Below are positions 51,075 to 62,720 of a DNA stretch of 64,000 nt, in pieces; within the stretch, counting starts at the first letter, position 1; the number at the start of each line of letters is the position of its first letter. The stretch spans positions 960,001 through 1,024,000 of the forward strand of contig CAVTLK010000001.1 of assembly GCA_963735595.1 (NCBI GenBank). The letters are read 5' to 3'. The DNA is from an uncultured delta proteobacterium (GTDB taxonomy: Bacteria > Desulfobacterota > Zymogenia > Zymogenales > Zymogenaceae). The translations under genes and the position numbers were made by a program. The notes below the pieces were generated by a model. It ran no database searches and was not told where the DNA came from. It saw only the letters and a list, made by a program, of their open reading frames with translations.

Positions 51075-51879
51075 CTACTTTTTTTTACCGCCGCCGTGGT
51101 CACTGCCGCGGCCGTGATTGCGGCCGCTGCCGCGGTTACCCTTGCTGCTGCCACTTGCTGATACCCTTGCTGTTTCCACTGCTTTTATCTTTCTCGTTCC
51201 CCTTTCCCTTACCGACATTCGAATTTGCGGTGGTTTTGAGACTCCCGAAGAGCGTATCTAAGACCTTTCCAATAAGACCTCGTTTACTCTCATTATTCAC
51301 GGCGTCGCCCAGGACACTGGGAGAAACCCCAATCTCCTGACAAATCTCTAACCAGCCCAGCCCGGAATCACGCATCGATTCCACGGTAGTTACGTCCACT
51401 CCCATTGCATCGGCCGCGGCGCCATCGGCTGCCCGTTCCGCTTCTTCGACGGACGCCATGGCGTCCGCGACGCGATTCTCGGACGCGGCGACATCTTCGT
51501 CGGTTGCGGAAGTATCGGCTTTTATTGCGGTGAGCGCGCGGTTCTCGGCCTCGAGGTCGGCCAGGGCCTTATTGAGCTTCTCGATGGCCTTTTCGGCTTC
51601 CCGGCCGGATTTTTCGGCCGCGTCCCTGTTTATGGTTACTGCCTTCAGGGATTGCGCTATCATCATATCTATATCGAGTGAGGATTCCGATCGGGGGCCG
51701 GCGAGTTCCGGGTCGTCACCATTGGTTGTTGACGTGATTTCGTCGATACGGGTGGAGTCGGTTGGCGTTGCCGTATCGGAAAGATGCTGGGCCGAAGCCA
51801 GGGCGGGTGCTAATGAGGCGGCTATCAGTACAGATAGCCCGCCGAGGAGTAATTTATGAAGACATCGTGCAGTTATCAT
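51075..51879 (-). CDS. Hypothetical exported coiled-coil protein with Gly/Lys/Ser-rich tail (probable +1 frameshift near 51153)
   Basis: Signal peptide; SMRDSGLGWLEICQEIGV; the low-complexity tail continues in another frame to TAG at 51075. Confidence 0.55.
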
Positions 51880-52241
51880 TCATGATCTCCGTTAGATCAG
51901 ATGATAAGGCCGCTACTTCTTTACGATATCGGCGCGTGGGACCGTTTATGCCTAAATGACTCACGCGATCACTAAATAACTATAGAAAATTCCCGCTTCG
52001 TTCAATTCAAACGCTACTGCAATCGAGAGAGAACCGCGACCCGAGCCTCATACAAAATACAACTATTATCTAATAATGTTACCATATTACGTAAAAAAAG
52101 TAAAGCAAATAGCATACCGGCGTTGAGAATATAATTTACGCTAACCTGGTCAGGAACGATTGAGTAATAAACCAGTGCGCCGGCAGTCAGCCGGTAGAAG
52201 GCGAAATCGCATGATTTATAGGGAGACCTCGCTTACCTCCC

Positions 52242-53288
52242 TCACTGGCTTGCTCCAAAATCCGTGACCGGCGCCATATATGACCGGCCGGGGAGGGGCT
52301 GAGGCACCTCCCGGTGCGTGGGCACGCCCAGTATCCTTTCGGGGAGTTCCGGATCGATGATGACGGCCACCAGTACCGCGAATACGATTGCAAGGAGGAT
52401 TACCATCCCCATGATGGCAGCCCTCATCAGGCGTATTCCGCGACGACGGGGCTTCGAGGCCGCGTCTTCCTCGAAGCTCTTGGCCGCGAACGCGGGGACC
52501 CTCTCGAATCTCCCGATCTCGGCGCACACCACCGTGATATTGTCGTGTCCGCCGCGGGCCTTGGCAAGCTCGATCATCCGCTCGGTCGCCCGGCGCAGCG
52601 TCTTTTCGGCGTGGATGATGCCCACAATCTCCCTTTCGGTCACGAGATCCCACAGCCCGTCGGTGCAGAGCATCAGGATGTCACCATCCAGCAGTCTGAC
52701 CCGCCCGGGCCGATCGACCTCGACCGCATCCCCCGCGCCGAGGGACCTGATCAGGATATTCTTCTGGGGGGAATGGCGCGCCTCGTCGGGCGACATCTTG
52801 CCTTCACGAACCAGCTGCCCCACGTACGAGTGGTCTTCGGTAACCGCAACGATCTCGTCCTTCCTGATCTGGTAGGCGCGGCTGTCCCCGACATGGCCGA
52901 TATAGGCGTCGTCACCGGCGATGAACGCCGCCGTCAACGTAGTGCCCGGCGGCTTCGCCCCCCCTCCCCCGACCTCCCGCACCCGCCGGTCGGCCTCAAA
53001 GATAATCGCCATGACGGCCGATTCGATATCGGGGAAATCGGCAAGCCCGCCCCCCCCGTTCTTCGAGAAGGTGTCGTCCATGAGCCTTACCGCCGCCCTA
53101 CTGGCGAGATCGCCGCCAACGTGCCCGCCCATGCCGTCGGCAACAGCAAGCAACGCCCGAATGGCGAAGGGGTTGTGATCGGGCTGCTCCAGTGTCATCG
53201 CGATATACGCGTCCTCGTTCTTTTCCCTGACCAGGCCCCGGTCCGTAGCGGCACATAGCGTGATGGGGGAGTGGATCGGCTGTCTCAT
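52242..53288 (-). CDS. PP2C-type (Stp1/PrpC-like) Ser/Thr phosphatase with C-terminal TM
   Basis: TDRGLVREKNED, VADGMGGH, HVGDSRAY, LCTDGLW, GGHDNIT. Confidence 0.92.
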   Translation of the reverse strand: MRQPIHSPITLCAATDRGLVREKNEDAYIAMTLEQPDHNPFAIRALLAVADGMGGHVGGDLASRAAVRLMDDTFSKNGGGGLADFPDIESAVMAIIFEADRRVREVGGGGAKPPGTTLTAAFIAGDDAYIGHVGDSRAYQIRKDEIVAVTEDHSYVGQLVREGKMSPDEARHSPQKNILIRSLGAGDAVEVDRPGRVRLLDGDILMLCTDGLWDLVTEREIVGIIHAEKTLRRATERMIELAKARGGHDNITVVCAEIGRFERVPAFAAKSFEEDAASKPRRRGIRLMRAAIMGMVILLAIVFAVLVAVIIDPELPERILGVPTHREVPQPLPGRSYMAPVTDFGASQ

Positions 53289-53468
53289 GAATGACCTCTA
53301 TACAGGGCGTCCCTGGCGGATGCCCGCTTACTTACCCGTATCTTCGGGATTCCTCGATATCGAAGGCGGCGTACATGCCTTCACGGACAGACGGTTATCT
53401 ACCGGCTGCCGTCACGGGCGGTCGAAAGGCTGTGGTATTTTCAATCCGACCGCAATCGCTCGTCCTTC

Positions 53469-54617
53469 CTAACCACTGCGCCGCCGGGCCGTCCTGACCA
53501 GGAGGATCACGAGGATCGCCGCCGCCAGCACGATCGCGACGATCGAAAGCGCCCGGAACGCGATGGAAAAGACCTTCTCCGTCCGTTCCTTCTTGTGGAA
53601 ATCGTAGAGGGCCATGGTATCCACCGGCGGATTGGTAGACGCCAGGAACTCCTTTTTGCCTGTAATCTGTTCCCCGCCGTAGTAGAGGCTCACCCCCAGG
53701 GTATGGAAGAGGACTACGCCGTCGGGCCGGGCCGGGAACGGGGAGACGAACGATATCCGGTACTGGCTGTGGATCTGCTCGGAGATGAGCCGGTAAATCG
53801 CCTCAAGACCGGAGGGACCGGGTGCAAAAAAGGCCCGCCCGCCGGTCCCGTCGGCGATCTTTTTCAGGATGGTCCGGTTGGCGTCACCCCCGAGCCCCAC
53901 GGTGATCACGACCGACCTCGCCTTGCCCGCCGCCGCGATCGCGTCGGCGTCGGTGGCCGGGCTGTTGGCCTTATCGTTCCTGCCGTCGGTGAGGATGACA
54001 ACAATGCGCCTGCCCACAGGCGCCGCATCGAGGATCTTCGACGAATCTATGATCGCCTGGTAGAGCGCCGTATCTCCCTTGTATGTGAGTCCCCTGACCG
54101 CCTTGGTCAGGGCGTCTTTGTCGTCGGTCAGCCCGAGGTTGACATAGACGTCCTGGTCAAACGTCACGAGTGCCGCCTTGTCTCCCGGTTTCAGTAGCCC
54201 GATGAAGGACTCGGCCGCACGCTTGGCGGCTTCAAGGGGCGCCCCGGCCATGCTCCCTGAGATATCGACGGCGATCACAACCGACAGCGGATCGGTGACC
54301 GGGTCGGCCTCGATGATCGTGAGGCCCGACACCTCCGTTCCCTCTTCCGTTACCGCGAGGTCTCCGATTGAGACGAGATTGATGGGCTGCCCCGCGGGAT
54401 CGGTCACCGAGAGGTATGCCGAGATCGTGGGGTACTTTTCGAGGTTAAGGTCGGAAAACGTAACCGTCCCGACCCGCTCCTCCCCCACCGGCACGGACGG
54501 GGTGGGGATGGGCCCCTCAGCCGACAGGGCCGGGAAAACCGTGAGCGCGGCCGCTGCCGCAACAGAGATAGCCCCGATCAGTGAAAAAAAGACGAAGCGA
54601 GAACCTTTGGTATTCAT
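53469..54617 (-). CDS. Exported vWA-domain protein with C-terminal membrane anchor
   Basis: Signal peptide; MIDAS DISGS, DTALY, ILTDG; C-terminal TM plus RRR. Confidence 0.88.
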   Translation of the reverse strand: MNTKGSRFVFFSLIGAISVAAAAALTVFPALSAEGPIPTPSVPVGEERVGTVTFSDLNLEKYPTISAYLSVTDPAGQPINLVSIGDLAVTEEGTEVSGLTIIEADPVTDPLSVVIAVDISGSMAGAPLEAAKRAAESFIGLLKPGDKAALVTFDQDVYVNLGLTDDKDALTKAVRGLTYKGDTALYQAIIDSSKILDAAPVGRRIVVILTDGRNDKANSPATDADAIAAAGKARSVVITVGLGGDANRTILKKIADGTGGRAFFAPGPSGLEAIYRLISEQIHSQYRISFVSPFPARPDGVVLFHTLGVSLYYGGEQITGKKEFLASTNPPVDTMALYDFHKKERTEKVFSIAFRALSIVAIVLAAAILVILLVRTARRRSG

Positions 54618-54691
54618 CGTATGTTCCCTCTCATTGGTATTCCATATGGTGTTACGATAAGATCTCAGGGATCTGCCGGCCGCCGGCATCC

Positions 54692-56836
54692 CTATTTCAG
54701 CGCGTAGATGCCTCCCGATCCGTCACAGAAATAGACGACACCGTTCACGACGCACGGGGAGGCCCGAACCGGGCTTCCCGCCGCGTGGCGCCATAGCTCC
54801 CGGCCGCTTTTCGCGTCAAGGACGTACAGGTTCCCGTCGTCGCTCCCGAACAATACGGCGTTCCCAACCACAACGGGCGAGGAGACTACCGCCCCCCCCG
54901 AAACGAACCGCCAGATAAGCGTGCCGTCGGCCGTCGAGAGGGCATAGAGCCCCCCATCGTCGCTGCCGACGAAGACCGTCTCCCCTGTTACCGCGGGAGA
55001 ACTGAGTACCTGGCCACCCGTCTCGAACCGCCACAGGATCGCTCCGTCTCCGACGCCCGCCGCATACACGAACCGATCCCATCGACCGAAATAGACCCGG
55101 TCAAGCCGGACCGCCGGCGAAGACGTGATCGCACCTTCTCCCGAAAGCCGCCAACGCTCCCGGCCCGTGGCTGCATCCAGCACGGTGAGGATACCCCCGC
55201 CGCTGGCCACGTAAACGATCCCTTCGGCGACCGCCACGGTCCCGTGGACGGAACCCTCCACCGAACCCCTCCACTTCTCCTTGCCCGTTGCCGCGTCCAG
55301 CGAAAAGACTGCGCCGTCATAGGACCCGCAGTATACCATCCCATCGACGATGACCGGAGATGAGCCGATCTCGCCACCCGCCGCGTAGCGCCATATCTCC
55401 GCTCCCGTTTCCGCTTCGACGGAAACGAGCTTCCCCCCGAATGTGCCGAAACATACTATCCCGTCGGCTACGGCCGGAGAAGAGTAGACGGGACTTCCCG
55501 CCCGTGACCGCCACCACACTGTGCCGGTAGCCGCGTCCAAGCAATAGAGGTACCCATCCCCCCCTCCCGCATAGACCCTTCCGCCGGACACCGCGGGCGT
55601 TGAGAACGGCGCCCCGATCGGGTCGGATTTCCAGAGGAGGGCGGGCCGGTCCCCGGGTACCGTCCCATCGTAGGCGCCGGTCCCCGCGGGACTGCCTCGA
55701 TACACCGGAACATACCCGCCGGGCGGAAGCGGCGTCACGGCCTCGGGGGTGAGCACTACCGGCGCCCGGGGTGTCCGTTCTTCTCCCGGCCCTTCATTCC
55801 GCCCGTCCCTCATCACCCAGAACATCCAGGCAATGAGGCTGACGATCGTCAGGATGACTAAAAGACAGCAGGCCCGGAAGACTTTCTTCAGCCACGCGGC
55901 AAAGCCTGTGCCCCGTTTTTCTTTTTTCGGGATTTTCCGGGGGACGCTCGTTTTCTTTGTCTTGCCGAAGAGCTTCTTCAACGCGCGCATGACCGACGGT
56001 CCCTTCCGAAGCCCCGCCCTGACATCCCTGAGAAATTCCTCGGCACTCTTGTATCGGTCGGCCCGGTTACGCGCCACGGCCTTGTTCACGATATCGGCCG
56101 CCCAGCCGGGAAGCCGCCGCCTGATCCGGCCGACGGGAGGCGCCGGCTCGCTCAGGATCTTTGAGATCGATGCGACGCTCGATCCCATCCTGAAGGGAGA
56201 GCGGCCCGTCAGCATCTCGTAAACGACCAGGCCCAGGGAATATACGTCGGTCCTCTTGTCGAGCCGCTCGCCTTTCACCTGCTCTACGCTCATGTATTCC
56301 GGTGTGCCGAGCGCCGTGCCGGTTGTCGTGAGCCCGGACCCGCCGATCATTTTCGCGATCCCGAAATCGGTGATGACGGCGCGTCCCTTACTATCGACGA
56401 TAATATTGGAGGGCTTGATGTCCCGATGCAGAATCCCTTTCTTATGTGCGTACGCAAGGCCTTCGGCCACCCGGACGGCGATTTGAAAGGTCTGCCTCAC
56501 CGAGAGGGGGGCCCGTTCGGCGATGATCTTGGCCAGGTCCCTGCCGGGGAGAAGCTCCATGGCGATATAGAACGTATCGTAGGTTCTTCCGCTCCCGAGA
56601 ACCCTGATAATGTTCGGGTGATCGAGTGAAGCCATTACGGCGGCCTCGTTCTTGAAGCGGCGGATAAGTTTTGTATCGTGGGATAGCGAAGGCGGGAGTA
56701 TCTTAACGGCGACGTCCCTCTTCCTGCGGAGGTCACGGGCGCGATAGACCGAGCCCATCCCCCCGTCGGCGATCTTTGAGACGATCTGCCACCGTTGATC
56801 GATAACGGTTTTGATAAAGGGATCGCCTTTTCCCAC
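54692..56836 (-). CDS. Hanks-type Ser/Thr kinase - TM - PQQ-like beta-propeller
   Basis: GGMGSVY, VAVK, HRDIKPSN, DFG, GTPEYMS; about 8 SSPAV...LDAATG..W repeats; GTG start behind GGAGG. Confidence 0.92.
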   Translation of the reverse strand: MGKGDPFIKTVIDQRWQIVSKIADGGMGSVYRARDLRRKRDVAVKILPPSLSHDTKLIRRFKNEAAVMASLDHPNIIRVLGSGRTYDTFYIAMELLPGRDLAKIIAERAPLSVRQTFQIAVRVAEGLAYAHKKGILHRDIKPSNIIVDSKGRAVITDFGIAKMIGGSGLTTTGTALGTPEYMSVEQVKGERLDKRTDVYSLGLVVYEMLTGRSPFRMGSSVASISKILSEPAPPVGRIRRRLPGWAADIVNKAVARNRADRYKSAEEFLRDVRAGLRKGPSVMRALKKLFGKTKKTSVPRKIPKKEKRGTGFAAWLKKVFRACCLLVILTIVSLIAWMFWVMRDGRNEGPGEERTPRAPVVLTPEAVTPLPPGGYVPVYRGSPAGTGAYDGTVPGDRPALLWKSDPIGAPFSTPAVSGGRVYAGGGDGYLYCLDAATGTVWWRSRAGSPVYSSPAVADGIVCFGTFGGKLVSVEAETGAEIWRYAAGGEIGSSPVIVDGMVYCGSYDGAVFSLDAATGKEKWRGSVEGSVHGTVAVAEGIVYVASGGGILTVLDAATGRERWRLSGEGAITSSPAVRLDRVYFGRWDRFVYAAGVGDGAILWRFETGGQVLSSPAVTGETVFVGSDDGGLYALSTADGTLIWRFVSGGAVVSSPVVVGNAVLFGSDDGNLYVLDAKSGRELWRHAAGSPVRASPCVVNGVVYFCDGSGGIYALK

Positions 56837-57102
56837 GAGCCTCCCCCGTGCCAACCGCAAAAGAACGGGCGGTATCCTTCCCGCGGCCGCGTCCCGGGCA
56901 GATTTCAGAAAGCACCGCCCGGCGCCTGAAGAGGTGATACACGTCCCGGGTAGTCCGTGACGGAAACGGCGCAGGGAGGGCGCTCCAAGGCGGCGGCCTC
57001 CCCCCGCAGAATCATGCCGTCATCTTTCCCCTGGGGCGGAAACGGCCGGTACTCTGCTCAACAAAACCGGGCGTTTCCCGCACCTTCGTCGGCCGGCCCG
57101 GA

Positions 57103-57963
57103 CTATTTAAGGAAGACGATCTTCCCCTTGATTACCCCAAACTGTATCTCATCGCCTTCGGAAAGCTCGCGCTCGTCGCTTATAGTCTCGCCGTTAACAC
57201 GGGTGGGATTAGTGAGGCTCACGTTATTGATGCTGTATTTTCCTCCGCTATAACGGATGCGGGCATGTTCGCGTGACACGCTCTTGTCGGTGAAGCGGAT
57301 GTTGCCCTTCTCCCTTCCAATCAGGTTTTCCATGACGAGGACGATTTTTTCTCCCTGCCTCTCTCCCGAGATGATCTCAAGCTGGGCCGCGTTCGTGGGT
57401 ACCTTGTCGGTCTTGGCGGCGCCACCGTACTCGGTCATCCGCACCTTCTCGGTTCGGCCCGACCCCTCGGTAACCGACGTGCCCCTGGTGCGCGTTAGGG
57501 TAGGCTCCATCTTCTCTTCCTTAAACGATGGTCTCCTGAGGATCATGATGAAGACCACGATGAGGATGAGCACGACTGCCGCCGCGATGATTGCCCATAC
57601 GGAGACGGGCAGCCCCCCTGATACCACTTTCAGCTCCCGGACATACGGGGTTTGAGTGGTCGGGTCGACCTGGACAACCCCCTCTATCGTGACAACCGCA
57701 CCGGGGGCGGGGGGATTATAGGTAAGCACGGTGATCGATCCGAAGCTATCGTCGGTCAAGACGAAGGAACCGGGCGTCGTCGGTCCGGCTGGATTGGACT
57801 CCTGGACACGGCCCGAGATAACGACCGTCATGTTCATGAACCTGGTTGGATTATTGATGATGTCGCTGATGTAGGTGATGTTCTGGGCCAAAGCCAGGGA
57901 TGAGAAAAAGATGACTAACGACACGAGACAACAGAAAAACAGGATACCCCTTTTTCCTCTCAT
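57103..57963 (-). CDS. Membrane-anchored FHA-domain protein with exported N-terminal (OB-fold-like) domain
   Basis: Signal peptide, beta-rich domain, TM, then LIGR, SVSREHA, NPTRVNG, LSEGDEIQFG. Confidence 0.85.
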   Translation of the reverse strand: MRGKRGILFFCCLVSLVIFFSSLALAQNITYISDIINNPTRFMNMTVVISGRVQESNPAGPTTPGSFVLTDDSFGSITVLTYNPPAPGAVVTIEGVVQVDPTTQTPYVRELKVVSGGLPVSVWAIIAAAVVLILIVVFIMILRRPSFKEEKMEPTLTRTRGTSVTEGSGRTEKVRMTEYGGAAKTDKVPTNAAQLEIISGERQGEKIVLVMENLIGREKGNIRFTDKSVSREHARIRYSGGKYSINNVSLTNPTRVNGETISDERELSEGDEIQFGVIKGKIVFLK

Positions 57964-58427
57964 GCTCTCCTCCTTACTAAAGGGAATCGGTTTCTAACGT
58001 TACTACGGCCTTGGATACCGACGGCGGACCGCGAAGGTCGGAGATACTCTCTCACAGATGGAAGGCCGCATTCAGATTGAGGTGAGCCCGTGGCTCACCC
58101 GAAAATGACTATCCGGGAGAAAGCACATCAATGAAATCCTCGCTATTACCCCGAATGCGGGCAAATATAAAGGAATGGATACACAGATATCTCCCATACC
58201 GATGTTTGACAAAGCTGAAGTGCCACATGTTCCCGCCGATAAGGTTAAATCTCCCTAATCGTTTGAAACGGGCTGAGGAGCCGTTCGGGCAAACGTATCG
58301 TCTCATTTTAAGAGGACTGGCACGGCTCACGTGAAGTTTTGCTTTTCGGAGGGTATTACGAGGCAGATTATAATAGTAACGAGGGGGAAAAGACAGGTCT
58401 CGATTCTCCGTCAAGATATGTTTATTT

Positions 58428-58472
58428 TGGCGCGCCCGGCAGGAATCGAACCGACGACCCACGAATTAGAAG
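58428..58472 (-). pseudogene. Degenerate 3' half of tRNA-Arg(UCU); probable att remnant
   Basis: Minus strand CTTCTAATTCGTGGGTCGTCGGTTCGATTCCTGCCGGGCGCGCCA: anticodon loop, GGTTCGA and CCA end; no D-arm or 5' acceptor strand upstream. Confidence 0.7.
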
Positions 58473-58711
58473 CAGGTCATTCTTGACGATAATCTATAGA
58501 CATCATTCTTCTTTCAATTCCCGACGATGCCCTGGAATACCTCAGAATACCCCGTAATCCCCCGGGTTTTGTAACACTTTTTGTAACGCTTTCGGATAAG
58601 CTGATCGGGATATTCTTTATCTGTACTGACTGTAACCCAATTACATCGAAAATCTGATTAATGACCGGGACATCCAAACCGATATCGTGAGGACAATCAG
58701 GTAAATATAGT

Positions 58712-58729
58712 GATTGCAATATTGCAATC
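58712..58729. promoter_or_regulatory. Perfect 18-bp palindrome upstream of the sigma-54 activator
   Basis: GATTGCAATATTGCAATC; weaker look-alikes at 60201-60216 and 60233-60248. Confidence 0.6.
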
Positions 58730-58742
58730 TTTCTGCTAAGAT

Positions 58743-60128
58743 GTGAGAATGACTGCGAAACAACATGGAAAGGCGGCCCGGAAAGAGGAATTCTTCGACA
58801 TAATCCTCGACAGCGTCGCCGACGGCGTCTTTACCATTGACAACGATAACACCATTACCTCATTCAACACCGCGGCGGAGCGTATAACGGGTGTTTCCCG
58901 TCACGAAGCCGTCGGGAGGAAATGCCACGATATCTTTCACGCGAGCATCTGTGTACACGATTGCGCCCTCAAGAAGACTATTGCTTCCGGACAAGCAGTC
59001 ATTGACCAAAAGATCAACATCATCAACGCCGACGGAGAGAGAATCCCGATTACCATCAGCACCGCCGTGCTTCGAGACAAGGGGGGCGTTATACTCGGTG
59101 GGGTTGAAACCTTCCGCGATCTTTCAGTCATCGAGGCGCTCAAAAAGGAGATCGCCTCCAACTACACCTTCGAAGACATCATCAGCAAGAACAGGAAGAT
59201 CCTCGACATTTTCGATATACTGCCCGACATTGCCGAGAGCGAAAGCACCGTTCTCATCGAGGGGAAAAGTGGAACGGGCAAGGAGCTGTTCGCCCGGGCG
59301 ATCCATCATCTCTCTCCCCGCAACGACGGACCGTTTCTTGCGGTCAATTGCGGCGCGCTTCCCGACACGCTCCTTGAATCCGAGCTGTTTGGCTATGTAA
59401 AGGGCGCGTTTACCAACGCCGTAAAGGATAAGCCGGGCCGTTTCGAGCTTGCCAAAGGCGGCACCATGCTGCTGGACGAGATCGGCGAAATGCCGCAGGC
59501 CCTCCAGGTAAAGCTGTTGAGGGTGATCCAGGAAAAAGAGTATGAACCGCTCGGCTCTGTCAAGAAGGTCAAGGCTGACGTTCGTATTATTGCGTCCACA
59601 AACAAGGATCTAAAACAGGAGGTAGAGCGAGGTAATTTCCGTACCGACCTTTTCTTCCGCCTGAACGTAATGAGGCTGCGGATTCCTGATCTTTCCGAGC
59701 GTAAAGAAGATATCCCGATCCTCATCGATCACTTCGTTGAAAAGATGTCACGGAAACTGGGCAAGGAGATCGTCGGGGTAAGCGACGAAGTACTGGACCG
59801 TCTCATGCGTTACGACTTTTCGGGAAACGTGAGGGAACTGGAAAACATCATTGAGCACGGTGCGGTTCTCTGCCGGTCGGGTTTGATTACCGCAGGAGAT
59901 CTTCCTCAGGAGATATTCGAAGGAGTCGCTCTCGACGATGTTTCTGCGAGTGGAGTGCAAATCTCTGCTGATCCGCGCGACTGCAGGGTCGTGGCGGCAG
60001 AGGCCGAGAGACGGGTTATCGCGGATACACTCGCCCGTTTTAAGGGAAGCAGAGTGAAGACCGCTCAAGCCCTCAACCTGGATAAGTCCACCCTCTGGAG
60101 AAAGATGAAGAAGCACCAGTTACTTTAA
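58743..60128 (+). CDS. PAS-domain sigma-54-dependent transcriptional activator (OrpR-like context)
   Basis: PAS, GKSGTGKE, ESELFG, GAFTNA, LDEIGE, GNVRELEN, Fis-type HTH. Confidence 0.92.
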   Translation: MRMTAKQHGKAARKEEFFDIILDSVADGVFTIDNDNTITSFNTAAERITGVSRHEAVGRKCHDIFHASICVHDCALKKTIASGQAVIDQKINIINADGERIPITISTAVLRDKGGVILGGVETFRDLSVIEALKKEIASNYTFEDIISKNRKILDIFDILPDIAESESTVLIEGKSGTGKELFARAIHHLSPRNDGPFLAVNCGALPDTLLESELFGYVKGAFTNAVKDKPGRFELAKGGTMLLDEIGEMPQALQVKLLRVIQEKEYEPLGSVKKVKADVRIIASTNKDLKQEVERGNFRTDLFFRLNVMRLRIPDLSERKEDIPILIDHFVEKMSRKLGKEIVGVSDEVLDRLMRYDFSGNVRELENIIEHGAVLCRSGLITAGDLPQEIFEGVALDDVSASGVQISADPRDCRVVAAEAERRVIADTLARFKGSRVKTAQALNLDKSTLWRKMKKHQLL

Positions 60129-60350
60129 TAATCCTGGACTGGTATCGTAAAACCTACCCGTTATCTACGAATCATTAGCCTGCTCAAGACGAGTCAAATA
60201 GTATCATTTCTGCAATTATCTATTCTCAGATGATTGCATTTATGAACCCATATTTCTCGCCATCCCACATGCCGAAATTCCCGGCGCTGATCATGTTTCT
60301 AATATATTGAATTGACTGCTATTTCCAGACATGTTTCTCTGCCCGGCGAT

Positions 60351-60366
60351 TGGCACGACTGTTGCA
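60351..60366 (+). promoter_or_regulatory. Sigma-54 (-24/-12) promoter
   Basis: TGGCACGACTGTTGCA fits TGGCAC-N5-TTGC. Confidence 0.85.
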
Positions 60367-60380
60367 AACTATCAAGAGGT

Positions 60381-60782
60381 ATGGATGGAGCCACTTATCG
60401 AATTGCCGTTCCTCTCCTGGAAGAACGTATCGCACCGAGGTTTGATACGGCCCAGAGGATGCTCTTTGTGACCATATCCGATGAACGGATTGTGAGCCGG
60501 GAGATCGTCCGCCTTATCGGGATCCATCCGCTCCAGATGGCCCACTGGCTGAAAAAAGAGGGCGTAGACGTTTTTATCTGTTCGGCAATTGACGTGATTA
60601 CATGGCAGAGCATGACAAACCTCGGAATAACCGTCTATTCGCGGATAGCCGGCGACGCGGTCGGCGCGGTTGAGGCCTTTATCCGGGGAACGCTCGACGA
60701 GATGTCCATCCCCTGTATGGGAAGAGGCGTCGGGTGCAGGCGCAGGAGATGGAGGGGTACGGAAGACAAGAACAATCCGTAG
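60381..60782 (+). CDS. NifB/NifX (dinitrogenase FeMo-cofactor-binding) family protein
   Basis: RIAVP...IAPRFDTA, GVDVFICSAI, tail CMGRGVGCRRRRWRG. Confidence 0.8.
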   Translation: MDGATYRIAVPLLEERIAPRFDTAQRMLFVTISDERIVSREIVRLIGIHPLQMAHWLKKEGVDVFICSAIDVITWQSMTNLGITVYSRIAGDAVGAVEAFIRGTLDEMSIPCMGRGVGCRRRRWRGTEDKNNP

Positions 60783-60803
60783 CATATGAAAGGAGGTATG
60801 GAT

Positions 60804-61184
60804 ATGCCGAGAGGAGACAGAACCGGTCCCCAGGGAATGGGACCGCGAACCGGAAGGGGAATGGGGTATTGTTCGGGCTTCGATGTGCCGGGATTCATGA
60901 ACTCGGCTTCCGGAGCCGTTGGTAGGTTCTTTTCCGGCGGCCTTGGGCTTGCCCGGGGCCGGGGAAGAGCGATACCCGGATACGGGATGAGGATGGCATG
61001 GGGACGGGGAACAGGGCGTGGACGGGGTTACAGCTCCTTTCACTCCTATCCTGAAGCCGTGCCTCTCACACCGCTGAGTGCGGAAGAGGAAAAGACATTC
61101 ATACAGAGCAGTATCACGGCGCTTAAATCCCGACTTGAGGAGATGGAAAAGAGACTTTCCGAGCTTTCGGAAAACAACAACTAA
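60804..61184 (+). CDS. DUF5320-like Gly/Arg-rich protein
   Basis: MPRGDRTGPQGMGPRTGRGMGYC and C-terminal coiled coil; AGGAGG RBS. Confidence 0.82.
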   Translation: MPRGDRTGPQGMGPRTGRGMGYCSGFDVPGFMNSASGAVGRFFSGGLGLARGRGRAIPGYGMRMAWGRGTGRGRGYSSFHSYPEAVPLTPLSAEEEKTFIQSSITALKSRLEEMEKRLSELSENNN

Positions 61185-61359
61185 GTACCTCGCGAGCAGG
61201 GGGGCGTGTTCCCCCCTGCTTGCCCGTAACGGGTTGAGGGTATGAAAAGGACCTGTTGTCTTGATAAGCACATACTATAGTACCGGCATATTATTCATAC
61301 ATCTCTTTTGTATCCGGCATTTTGCATTTTTTGTCGAAATAGGATGATGAGGTAAGAGT

Positions 61360-62652
<1,293 letters not shown>

Positions 62653-62720
62653 TATCTGGAGAAACTGGAGTCATCCCGCTCTCTGATGGGTCTGTCTCCA
62701 GTCACATGTGGAGGAATAAT

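Noticed and set aside
58090..58340. Possible small gene between the FHA gene and the tRNA fragment
   Set aside because: No frame has a convincing start, RBS or recognisable motif.
58428..58500. Intact tRNA-Arg gene
   Set aside because: No D-arm or 5' acceptor strand, and the T-stem is mispaired.
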